A DNA stretch of 64,000 bases, from contig JAKAVK010000022.1 in NCBI GenBank assembly GCA_021817325.1, positions 65,077-129,076 of the forward strand. The letters run 5' to 3'. Source of the DNA: Candidatus Micrarchaeota archaeon. GTDB taxonomy: Archaea > Micrarchaeota > Micrarchaeia > Micrarchaeales > CABMGC01. Within the stretch, counting starts at the first letter, position 1; each line of letters opens with the position of its first letter. The notes under the pieces are model-generated. The model searched no databases. It was given only the letters and a program-made list of their open reading frames with translations, and was not told where the DNA came from. Shown piece by piece: positions 45,280-52,871 of the stretch. The translations under genes and the position numbers were made by a program.

Positions 45280-46062
45280 ATGAAGAACACGAAGATATTT
45301 TACAACAAGAAGAACGCGCTGAGGGATCCGATACTGATAGTAGGCCTTCCAGGAATAGGGACGGTCGGCAGCCTTGTGGGGGAGCACCTGCGCAACGAAC
45401 TCAAAGCGAAGAAGTTCGCAACCCTCTACTCGCCTCATTTTCTGCATCAGGCCATAATGCTCAAGAACGGCGGCGTAAGGCTTGTAAGCAACAGATTCTA
45501 CGTGTTCGAAAACAAGAAGACAGGCAGGTCGATACTCATACTGGTTGGCGACATGCAATCTGGTTCCCCAGAAGGCCAATATGAGATAAATGACAAGGTG
45601 GTGCGCTTCTTCAAGTCACTCGGGGGCAGAACAATATACACCATAGGCGGATACAATATCGGCAACCAGTACGTCCACCATCCGCGAGTCTTCGGCGTCG
45701 CAACAGACAAAGAAACCCGCCTCCAGCTCAGCAAGCACGGAATAATATTCGGAAAGGCTGCTGGAGCGATATGGGGCTCTGCAGGGCTGATAATTGCGTT
45801 CTCAAAGAGGTACAAGATGCACGGCGCGTGCATAATGGGCGAGACGGGCATGCTTGAGGTGGATGCAAACGCAGCAAAGGCCGTGCTAGAGGTGTTGAAG
45901 GGAGTGTTAAACCTGGACGTTAATTTGGACAACATAGACAAGATAAAGAACGAGACAGAGAAGCTGCTAAAGGAGCTCGAGGGTGCAGCGGCGGGCAACA
46001 CCGATCCATCGCAGGCGTCAGGAGGCAACGGCGGAAAACAGCACCTGTCTTATATAAGATAG
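45280..46062 (+). CDS. PAC2 family proteasome assembly chaperone-like protein (COG1938)
   Basis: PILIVGLPGIGTVGSLVGEHL is the typical PAC2 N-terminus. It holds the conserved position after aIF2-alpha. Confidence 0.75.
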   Translation: MKNTKIFYNKKNALRDPILIVGLPGIGTVGSLVGEHLRNELKAKKFATLYSPHFLHQAIMLKNGGVRLVSNRFYVFENKKTGRSILILVGDMQSGSPEGQYEINDKVVRFFKSLGGRTIYTIGGYNIGNQYVHHPRVFGVATDKETRLQLSKHGIIFGKAAGAIWGSAGLIIAFSKRYKMHGACIMGETGMLEVDANAAKAVLEVLKGVLNLDVNLDNIDKIKNETEKLLKELEGAAAGNTDPSQASGGNGGKQHLSYIR

Positions 46063-46086
46063 CACACCGAAGTTGAAGCGGAATAC

Positions 46087-46159
46087 GCGTCTGTAGTCTA
46101 GCCTGGTAGGACTATGCCTTCCCAAGGCATCGGCCCGGGTTCAAATCCCGGCAGACGCA
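46087..46159 (+). tRNA. tRNA-Gly (anticodon CCC)
   Basis: Hand-folded. Acceptor GCGTCTG/CAGACGC, D stem GTCT/GGAC, and anticodon stem ATGCC/GGCAT with loop TTCCCAA (CCC at 46121..46123). T arm is CCGGG-TTCAAAT-CCCGG. Discriminator is A. Confidence 0.85.
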
Positions 46160-46234
46160 ATCCTGCCCTGCGCGCCAACCCTGCCTACGGTACAGTGCTG
46201 CATAGAGATAAAGCTTCACCGGGCGGCAAGCGCG

Positions 46235-47584
46235 TCAGAAATGTCTAAGGTGGTGCTTGACTTCCCCCAACTCGCGCTCAAACCTGCCCTCGTCGAATTC
46301 CTTATCCAAATATTCTGTTATAACCCTCAGATCGGCCACCGCGCCCTGCAGGCAGGACGACGCCCCCGGGGACGGAGTCACGTTGAATATTATTCCATCC
46401 TCTTTGAGTTTTGCTTCTCCAAGGATCAGAGCCTTCTTGTTCTCGTCTATGATCTGGGGCCTGATACCCCCGATACCCTTGGCTAGCCACAAGTCCCTGT
46501 TCTTAAGCGACGGCACGATCCTTGCGGCCTCGTGCTTTACAAACTCCATCTTTCCTGAAATAGGCACAAGGTACGCGATATTTGCCCTAAGTATGCGGCT
46601 TATATCCTTGTTGAAGAGGATCCTCTTCAGGCTTATTGCCGTTGGCAAGTCGAAATCGAACGTCCTAAGGTAATCCCCGAACGTCTCGAAGTGGCCTCTC
46701 TCCAGCTCCGGAGGGAGCGTAACCGTGGGGCCAAACCGCGTCAGCCCCGGATTTGTTATCTCCGGATCTCCATGTATGGCTGCAAACGGTATACCGCCTA
46801 GCTGCACTCTGTACACCTTGCCATTCAGCACCCTCTTAGAATAGTAAAAGTTGCCCGCTACCGCAAGCGCCGAAAGGTTCTTGTCATATCCCATCTTCTT
46901 GGCAAAGTACAGGCTGTAGGCTCCTGCGGAGAAGACTACGAACCGCGCTCGGTATTCTTTGCCTGCAGTGACAACCCTAAAGTTGTCGCCATCGTGCTCT
47001 GCGCGCAGTACTGCGGTGTTGAACTTGATATGGATGCGCTTTCTCATATGCCTCATGGCCTTGTTCGCGAAAGATTTCGTGAGCCTGCCAAAATCCACCA
47101 TGTGCCCGTTGTCGGACAGGAGTGCTGCAATTTCATCGTCCTTGTCCCTTCCTTTTACCACGTTCGGCTCCAGGGCTGCAAGCTGCTTCCTTCCTACGCG
47201 CTTCAATCCTGGGAATAGAGGCCTGATGCTCTTGTACGTCTTCTCTAAAATTCCAAGCTCGAAGTCGCCAGATGCGAGAACCATCTTCTGGCATCGTTGT
47301 ATTATCCTCCTGCGCTCTGCATCGGGCAGTGAATCGGTATATCTCAGCACAAGCTCCGCAGCCTCCTTTGTTCTCTTCGCAGTCTGTGGCGTGTAATTGG
47401 TCTCCACGTCGCCAAAGTGCAGTGTCTGCGCATTGTTCCTGCTGTTCGAATTCAGTCTTGCAAGCCCGTCATACTTCTCCAGCAGCAGCACGCTTTTTAT
47501 GTCAGAATACTCGCTTATGGCATAGAGCAATGAAGTTCCCGTAATGCCCCCACCGATTATCACGACATCGTAGATATCCGTCAT
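46235..47584 (-). CDS. mqo: FAD-dependent malate:quinone oxidoreductase-like protein
   Basis: YDVVIIGGGITGTS dinucleotide-binding motif. NSNSRNNAQTLHFGDVETNYT resembles the Mqo motif (S..NNAGTGH..LCELNYT). Length is 449 aa. It sits in a TCA gene neighbourhood. Confidence 0.6.
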   Translation of the reverse strand: MTDIYDVVIIGGGITGTSLLYAISEYSDIKSVLLLEKYDGLARLNSNSRNNAQTLHFGDVETNYTPQTAKRTKEAAELVLRYTDSLPDAERRRIIQRCQKMVLASGDFELGILEKTYKSIRPLFPGLKRVGRKQLAALEPNVVKGRDKDDEIAALLSDNGHMVDFGRLTKSFANKAMRHMRKRIHIKFNTAVLRAEHDGDNFRVVTAGKEYRARFVVFSAGAYSLYFAKKMGYDKNLSALAVAGNFYYSKRVLNGKVYRVQLGGIPFAAIHGDPEITNPGLTRFGPTVTLPPELERGHFETFGDYLRTFDFDLPTAISLKRILFNKDISRILRANIAYLVPISGKMEFVKHEAARIVPSLKNRDLWLAKGIGGIRPQIIDENKKALILGEAKLKEDGIIFNVTPSPGASSCLQGAVADLRVITEYLDKEFDEGRFERELGEVKHHLRHF

Positions 47585-47588
47585 AGTA

Positions 47589-50399
47589 TCATCTGTTCTC
47601 TTTCATCAGCCGTGCCGCAACATGTTGCAGTACGCCCCCATCCTCATAGTACTCCATTTCCAGCGGGGTGTCAATCCTTAGGACCGCATTGCCTATACTA
47701 CGCTTTCCAGAGCCGCGCTTATAATATCCAAACTGCACTTCCTGCATGGGCTCCAGCTTTGCGTCAGCCAGTATGTCTAAGCCCAGCGAGGGGTCGATCT
47801 GCAGATTGTCATAACCCTCCCCATCCCTGAACTGCAGCGGCATTATACCCATCCCGACAAGATTGCTCCGGTGTATCCTTTCAAAACTCTGCGCCAGTAC
47901 GGCCCTCACCCCAAGCATCATCGGCCCCTTCGCGGCCCAGTCCCTCGAGCTGCCCGAGCCGTACTCCTTGCCTGCTATGACCACAAGCGGCCTCCCCTCC
48001 CTGCGGTACCTGACCGAGGCATCGAAGATGCTCATCCTCTTCCCGTCTGGATAATGCAGCGTAAATCCGCCCTCATCGCCTTTCATAAGCAGGTTCTTTA
48101 TCCTGTTATTTGCAAAGGTACCGCGCATCATTACCTCGTGATTTCCCCTGCGCGACCCATAGGTGTTGAAGTCTGCCGGCCCGATTCCCTTATGCTCCAG
48201 ATACCTCCCTGCGGGGCTGTCTACCCCTATTGCACCTGCCGGTGAGATATGGTCCGTAGACACAGAGTCGCCGAAGACTGCAAGTACTGCGGCACCACGT
48301 ATACCTCCAATATTCCTCCTCCCTTCCTCTCCGAAGAAGGGTGGCAATTCTATGTAGGTGCTGCTGCGATCCCACTTGTACAGTATGCTCTCAGCATCCC
48401 TAAGTTTGTTCCAGTAGGGATTCACCTTGTATAATTCATTGCCATAGGCCTTCCTGAACATCTGCCTGTCGATATCCGCATTGATGACCTCATGTATCTC
48501 AGATGAGGAAGGCCATATATCCCTAAGGAATACCTGCCTTCCCTGCCCATCCCTGCCTAGAGGCTCGCGCTCAAGGTCTATCAACACGGTCCCTGCTATC
48601 GCAAATGCGATAACAAGCGGTGGGGACATAAGGTAATTCGCCCTGACATCCCTATGTATGCGGGCCTCGTAATTCCTGTTTCCGGACAGAACCGCCGCCA
48701 CCGCCAGATCATGTTTATTTATTGCATCACTCTGCCCCTCTATGAGTGGCCCGCTGTTGCCTATGCACGTTATGCACCCAAAACCGACCAACCCAAAGCC
48801 CATCTTGGCAAGAGGCTCTATGAGGTGCGCACGTTCGAGGTAATCCATCACCACCCTAGAGCCTGGTCCAAGGCTCGTCTTCACCTTATCTGTATTGACA
48901 CGCAATCCGCGTTCAAGTGCCTTCTTTGCAAGGAGACCAGCGGCGACCATCACTGCGGGGTTGCTGGTATTGGTGCAGCTTGTTATGGATGCTATTACGA
49001 CATCCCCGTCGGATAACACATAATCGCTGCCGCCATGACGCATCCTGACCGACCTTATCCCCTTTCTCTTCGGTGCGCCCTTTATCCTTCCGTTCTCAAC
49101 GGCAAGGCTCTCCGACGACCACCTAGTATAGTCGCTGCTGCTGAGTTTATGGTGGGCATAGCCCGCCTGACCGGCAGACTTCAACATGAATGCATCGTAG
49201 AAACTCTCCGCTATGCCCCATAGCGGCACCTCCTGTTTAGGCTGGCTTGGCCCTGAGACTGCAGGCACTATATCTCCAAGTTCGACCTCCAGCACATCGC
49301 TATATTGGATGGTCTTGTCACCCGCACCAAATATGCCCTGTGCCTCATAATAGCGCTTCACCAGCTCAATCTGCTCCCCGCTCCTCCCCGTCTGCCTCAT
49401 ATACCTCAGCGTCTCATCATCAACAGGGAAGATCGCCACAGTCGCTCCGTATTCTGGGCACATATTGGACAGCGTAGCCCTATCAGGAAGGGAGAGGCTG
49501 CGCAGCCCCGGGCCAAAGAATTCAACAAAGTTGTTGACGACCCCCCTCTCCCTCAGGATCCGCGTGAGCGTAAGTGCAAAGTCCGTAGCCGTTACCCCTT
49601 CCCGCAGCCTTCCCTCAAGGCGCACTCCAAGCACCTTCGGTGTGAGGAAAGGCACCGGCTCTCCCAGTACTGCCGCTTCGGCTTCTATGCCCCCCACGCC
49701 AAAGCCAACCACCCCAAGGCCATTTATCATCGTGGTATGTGAGTCGGTGCCAACTAGTGTATCTGGGAAAGCCATCACACCTGCGGCAGTCTCCTGCAGC
49801 CTCACGCACGGCGAGAGGAATTCAAGATTTATCTGGTGGCATATCCCGGCCGAGGGAGGAAACACGGTAAACTCGGAAAAAGCAGAATGGGCCCATTTCA
49901 GCAGGTGGTATCTCTCCTTGTTCCTGCCAAATTCCACCGACTGGTTCTTCTCAAGAGCGCCTGCGGCATTGAATGCATCCACCTGCACCGAGTGGTCTAT
50001 CACAAGATCCACAGGTATACGCGGCCGCACCATTCCCGCATCATGCCCTTTTCCTGCAATGTAGCTCCTCATTGCGGCGAGGTCAACCACTGCAGGAACG
50101 CCTGTAAAGTCCTGCATGAGGATTCTCGCTACCTTGAAAGGCACCTCGGCATCTCTAGGCTTCTTGGGGTTCCATCTGGAAAGTGCTGCAACATCCTCTA
50201 CTCTCACATGCCTGCCGTCGCAGTTTCTCAACAGGGATTCAAGCACGACCCTTATGGAGAAGGGCAGCCTATCAATATTTCCGAATCCCGCTTTCTGCAG
50301 CCGCTTCAAAGAGAAGTAGTTCACCCGCTTGCCCGTCGACAGGATGAGTTGCGATATAAAGTCAGAAGACCTGAAATTCCCATTCCTCTTGGTTGCCAT
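47589..50399 (-). CDS. acnA: Aconitate hydratase (AcnA/IRP type)
   Basis: MQDFTGVPAVVDLAAMR, VIDHSVQVD, GTDSHTTMINGLGV, ITSCTNTSNP, GCITCIGNSG and GKEYGSGSSRDWAAKG. Length is 936 aa. Confidence 0.95.
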   Translation of the reverse strand: MATKRNGNFRSSDFISQLILSTGKRVNYFSLKRLQKAGFGNIDRLPFSIRVVLESLLRNCDGRHVRVEDVAALSRWNPKKPRDAEVPFKVARILMQDFTGVPAVVDLAAMRSYIAGKGHDAGMVRPRIPVDLVIDHSVQVDAFNAAGALEKNQSVEFGRNKERYHLLKWAHSAFSEFTVFPPSAGICHQINLEFLSPCVRLQETAAGVMAFPDTLVGTDSHTTMINGLGVVGFGVGGIEAEAAVLGEPVPFLTPKVLGVRLEGRLREGVTATDFALTLTRILRERGVVNNFVEFFGPGLRSLSLPDRATLSNMCPEYGATVAIFPVDDETLRYMRQTGRSGEQIELVKRYYEAQGIFGAGDKTIQYSDVLEVELGDIVPAVSGPSQPKQEVPLWGIAESFYDAFMLKSAGQAGYAHHKLSSSDYTRWSSESLAVENGRIKGAPKRKGIRSVRMRHGGSDYVLSDGDVVIASITSCTNTSNPAVMVAAGLLAKKALERGLRVNTDKVKTSLGPGSRVVMDYLERAHLIEPLAKMGFGLVGFGCITCIGNSGPLIEGQSDAINKHDLAVAAVLSGNRNYEARIHRDVRANYLMSPPLVIAFAIAGTVLIDLEREPLGRDGQGRQVFLRDIWPSSSEIHEVINADIDRQMFRKAYGNELYKVNPYWNKLRDAESILYKWDRSSTYIELPPFFGEEGRRNIGGIRGAAVLAVFGDSVSTDHISPAGAIGVDSPAGRYLEHKGIGPADFNTYGSRRGNHEVMMRGTFANNRIKNLLMKGDEGGFTLHYPDGKRMSIFDASVRYRREGRPLVVIAGKEYGSGSSRDWAAKGPMMLGVRAVLAQSFERIHRSNLVGMGIMPLQFRDGEGYDNLQIDPSLGLDILADAKLEPMQEVQFGYYKRGSGKRSIGNAVLRIDTPLEMEYYEDGGVLQHVAARLMKENR

Positions 50400-50459
50400 C
50401 GTAACAAAATGGCGCTAAAAATTTAAAAAGGTGAATGGTGAGGTATTGTGTGTTTTGGA
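50400..50459. promoter_or_regulatory. Compact bidirectional promoter between acnA and citrate synthase
   Basis: A single AT-rich block AAAAATTTAAAAAGG lies about 20-30 nt from the acnA ATG (50399, minus strand). It also lies about 28-40 nt from the citrate synthase ATG at 50460. Confidence 0.4.
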
Positions 50460-51614
50460 ATGGAAGGAGAAGCGCCGCATATAATACATGGTCTTGAAGG
50501 GGTGTACTTCACAGAATCGAAGATATGCAAGGTGGACGGCACACTGGGCAAGCTATACTACAGGGGGTATCCGATAGGCGCGCTTGCCGCCAACTCCTCC
50601 TTCGAAGAGGTATGCTATCTCCTATTGAACGGGGCACTACCAACCAAAAAGCAGTTAAGGGCATTCGAGTCGCACATGAAAGCCGAACGCAAGCTGCCAA
50701 GACACATAGTAAAGACTATCGCAGAGATGACCGGCAAGGCGCATCCGACAGACATACTGCGTACCGCGGTCTCTTCACTGCCAACCTACGATCCGGAGGC
50801 ATATGAAAAGTCGCAGGATGCAAACCTGCGCAAGAGTGTGCGCCTAATATCCAAGATGGCGAGCATAACGGCGACGATAGGCAGATTCATGTGCGGCGGC
50901 AAGTATGTATACCCTAAAAGAAAGCTGAGCCATTCGGCAAACTTCCTGTACATGCTCACCGGAAAGGCCCCCGAAGAGAAACAGGCGAAGCTGCTTGATA
51001 CAATGATGATACTGCATGCAGAGCACAGCACCAATGCCTCGACCTTCGCAACATTGGTGACCGGATCGACTCTCGCCGACCTGTACGCTGCCATCACCTC
51101 CGGCATAGCAGCGTTGAAGGGGCCCCTGCACGGCGGCGCTGACGAGGCGGCCCTTCTAATGCTACGTGCGATAGGCAAGCCAGAAAATACAGAGGCATAC
51201 GTGGAGCACGCGCTGGAAGACAAGCAGAGGATAATGGGATTCGGCCATCGCATCTACAAAACATACGACCCACGCGCAAGGATAATAAAGGCGGACTTGG
51301 AGGCGCTGCAGAGCAGCGCATCGGAAGAGATAAGGGATCTTACAGCGATAGCGCTGAGGGTCGAGAAGCTTATGATAGACAAACTAGGCCAGAGCCGAGG
51401 GATATGGCCAAACATAGATTTCTTCGCAGGCCCAATATACACAGAGATGGGGATACACCCTGACCTGTTCACGCCGCTGTTTGCGGTAAGCAGGGTTCCG
51501 GGATGGTGCTCCCACATGCTGGAATACTGGCAGAACAACAGGCTGCTGCGCCCTCTGGAGCTTTACACAGGCCCACTGGATCTCGAGTACGTGCCTATAA
51601 GCAAGAGAAGATAA
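50448..51614 (+). CDS. gltA: Citrate synthase
   Basis: GLEGV...ES.I..VDG..G.L.YRGY, HAEH, GPLHGGA and GFGHRIYK..DPRA. The likely start is the ATG at 50460. Confidence 0.9.
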   Translation: MCFGMEGEAPHIIHGLEGVYFTESKICKVDGTLGKLYYRGYPIGALAANSSFEEVCYLLLNGALPTKKQLRAFESHMKAERKLPRHIVKTIAEMTGKAHPTDILRTAVSSLPTYDPEAYEKSQDANLRKSVRLISKMASITATIGRFMCGGKYVYPKRKLSHSANFLYMLTGKAPEEKQAKLLDTMMILHAEHSTNASTFATLVTGSTLADLYAAITSGIAALKGPLHGGADEAALLMLRAIGKPENTEAYVEHALEDKQRIMGFGHRIYKTYDPRARIIKADLEALQSSASEEIRDLTAIALRVEKLMIDKLGQSRGIWPNIDFFAGPIYTEMGIHPDLFTPLFAVSRVPGWCSHMLEYWQNNRLLRPLELYTGPLDLEYVPISKRR

Positions 51615-52796
51615 TCAGGAGTCGATCGCTTTCTGCACTGCCCGGGTGAATTCTTTGGTCCCAACGGTCTTCACTCCGACAAGCCCTCGTGCAAGATCTT
51701 GTGTCACTATGCCGCTTTTGACCACCCTGTCTACCGCATCCCTTATGGTTCCTGCAGCTTCCTTCCATCCGAGATGCTCGAGCATCATCGCACCGGCCAT
51801 GATCTCGCCTATAGGGTCTGCGACGTTCCTCCCTGCATATTTCGGTGCCGTGCCATGGACTGCCTCGAACATTGCCGCACTATCACCAATCTCCGCGCTG
51901 CCAAGCACGCCTATGTTGCCAACCAGCGCGCCTGCAGCGTCTGAGATGTAATCGCCATTCAGGTTCGGCGCAAGGATGATATCATAACTCCCCGGCTTTG
52001 CTATGAGCTGCTGGAACATATTGTCCGCTATCCTGTCATTCACAAGTATCCTGCCCTTCGGCGCCTTGACCGCGCCCCGCTCGGCAAGCTGCTCCTCTGT
52101 CACGGCCTTTGTGCCCAGCCTCTCAAGCACCGCCTCGTATGCCCACTCCCTAAATGCGCCTTCAGTATACTTCATTATGTTGCCCTTGTGCATTATGGTT
52201 ATCGACCTCCTCGAATTAGACAGCGCATATGCCGCTGCCATCCTGGCCACCCGCCGCGTCTTAAACCTGCTGATAAGCTTAATGCCGATGCCGGCATCAC
52301 TAGGCAAGACAACGCCAAGGTCCTTCTTAAGGAATGCCCGAAGTGCCGCGGCCTCGCGGCTAGCGTGCCGCCACTCTATCCCTGTGTATAGATCATCGGT
52401 ATTCTCGCGCATTATGACTAGGTCTACTGCCTCTGGTCTCTTCAAGGGGCTGTCGACCCCGGCAAAGTACCTGACCGGCCGTATGTTTGCATATAGATCA
52501 AGTTCCATCCTCAATGCGACGTTGAGCGACCTCTCCCCACCGCCTACTGGCGTGCGCAGCGGCCCTTTAAGGAGAAGCCCCCTCTCCCTCACCTTGCTTA
52601 GCGATTCCTCAGGGAGGCGCTTGCCGAATTCCTCGACCGCGCTATCGCCAAGGAAGACCTCTTCCCAGACTATCCTGCGACCGCTGTACGCTGCTTCTAC
52701 AGCCGAGTCAATCACTGCGATCGAACTGCCTATCACCTCAGCGCCTATCCCGTCTCCCTTAGCAAACAGGACCCGTGCCGACTTGCCGGATGCCAT
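51615..52796 (-). CDS. icd: Isocitrate dehydrogenase (NADP-type)
   Basis: KGDGIGAEV, SLNVALR, ENTDDLY, NLNGDYISD and HGTAPKYAG. I chose the internal Met at 52796 (MASGKSARV). The ORF-track start at 52856 would leave only 15 nt to the divergent giant gene and would add an odd hydrophobic leader. Confidence 0.85.
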   Translation of the reverse strand: MASGKSARVLFAKGDGIGAEVIGSSIAVIDSAVEAAYSGRRIVWEEVFLGDSAVEEFGKRLPEESLSKVRERGLLLKGPLRTPVGGGERSLNVALRMELDLYANIRPVRYFAGVDSPLKRPEAVDLVIMRENTDDLYTGIEWRHASREAAALRAFLKKDLGVVLPSDAGIGIKLISRFKTRRVARMAAAYALSNSRRSITIMHKGNIMKYTEGAFREWAYEAVLERLGTKAVTEEQLAERGAVKAPKGRILVNDRIADNMFQQLIAKPGSYDIILAPNLNGDYISDAAGALVGNIGVLGSAEIGDSAAMFEAVHGTAPKYAGRNVADPIGEIMAGAMMLEHLGWKEAAGTIRDAVDRVVKSGIVTQDLARGLVGVKTVGTKEFTRAVQKAIDS

Positions 52797-52871
52797 AACA
52801 CCATTCACGAGCAAAAGACTATAAATACCAAGTATCTGAAGATATAGCAAGCTCATCTAATACAACTGTGC
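52797..52871. promoter_or_regulatory. Bidirectional promoter between icd and the giant surface protein gene
   Basis: TATAAATA (52820..52827) lies 24-31 nt from the icd ATG on the minus strand. GATATAGC (52841..52848) lies 24-31 nt upstream of the ATG at 52872. Both spacings fit leaderless archaeal promoters. Confidence 0.45.

Noticed and set aside
45280-46062. Possible C-terminal HbYX proteasome-docking motif on the PAC2-like protein
   Set aside because: The C-terminus is ...HLSYIR. The penultimate residue is Ile, not Tyr, so the HbYX pattern is not met.
42447-46159. Integrated mobile element or genomic island at the three tRNA genes
   Set aside because: No integrase, transposase or direct repeat of a tRNA 3' end is visible. 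The flanking genes are conserved housekeeping genes (tfe, GINS, rpl44e, eif2a, PAC2, mqo).
49465-50426. Plus-strand ORFs of 199 and 196 aa inside aconitase
   Set aside because: The aconitase signatures are on the minus strand, so these are antisense shadows.
52797-52856. 20-codon hydrophobic N-terminal extension of icd (the track start at 52856)
   Set aside because: It would leave only 15 nt for two divergent promoters. The sequence contains TATA-like boxes correctly spaced for the Met at 52796 and for the giant gene.
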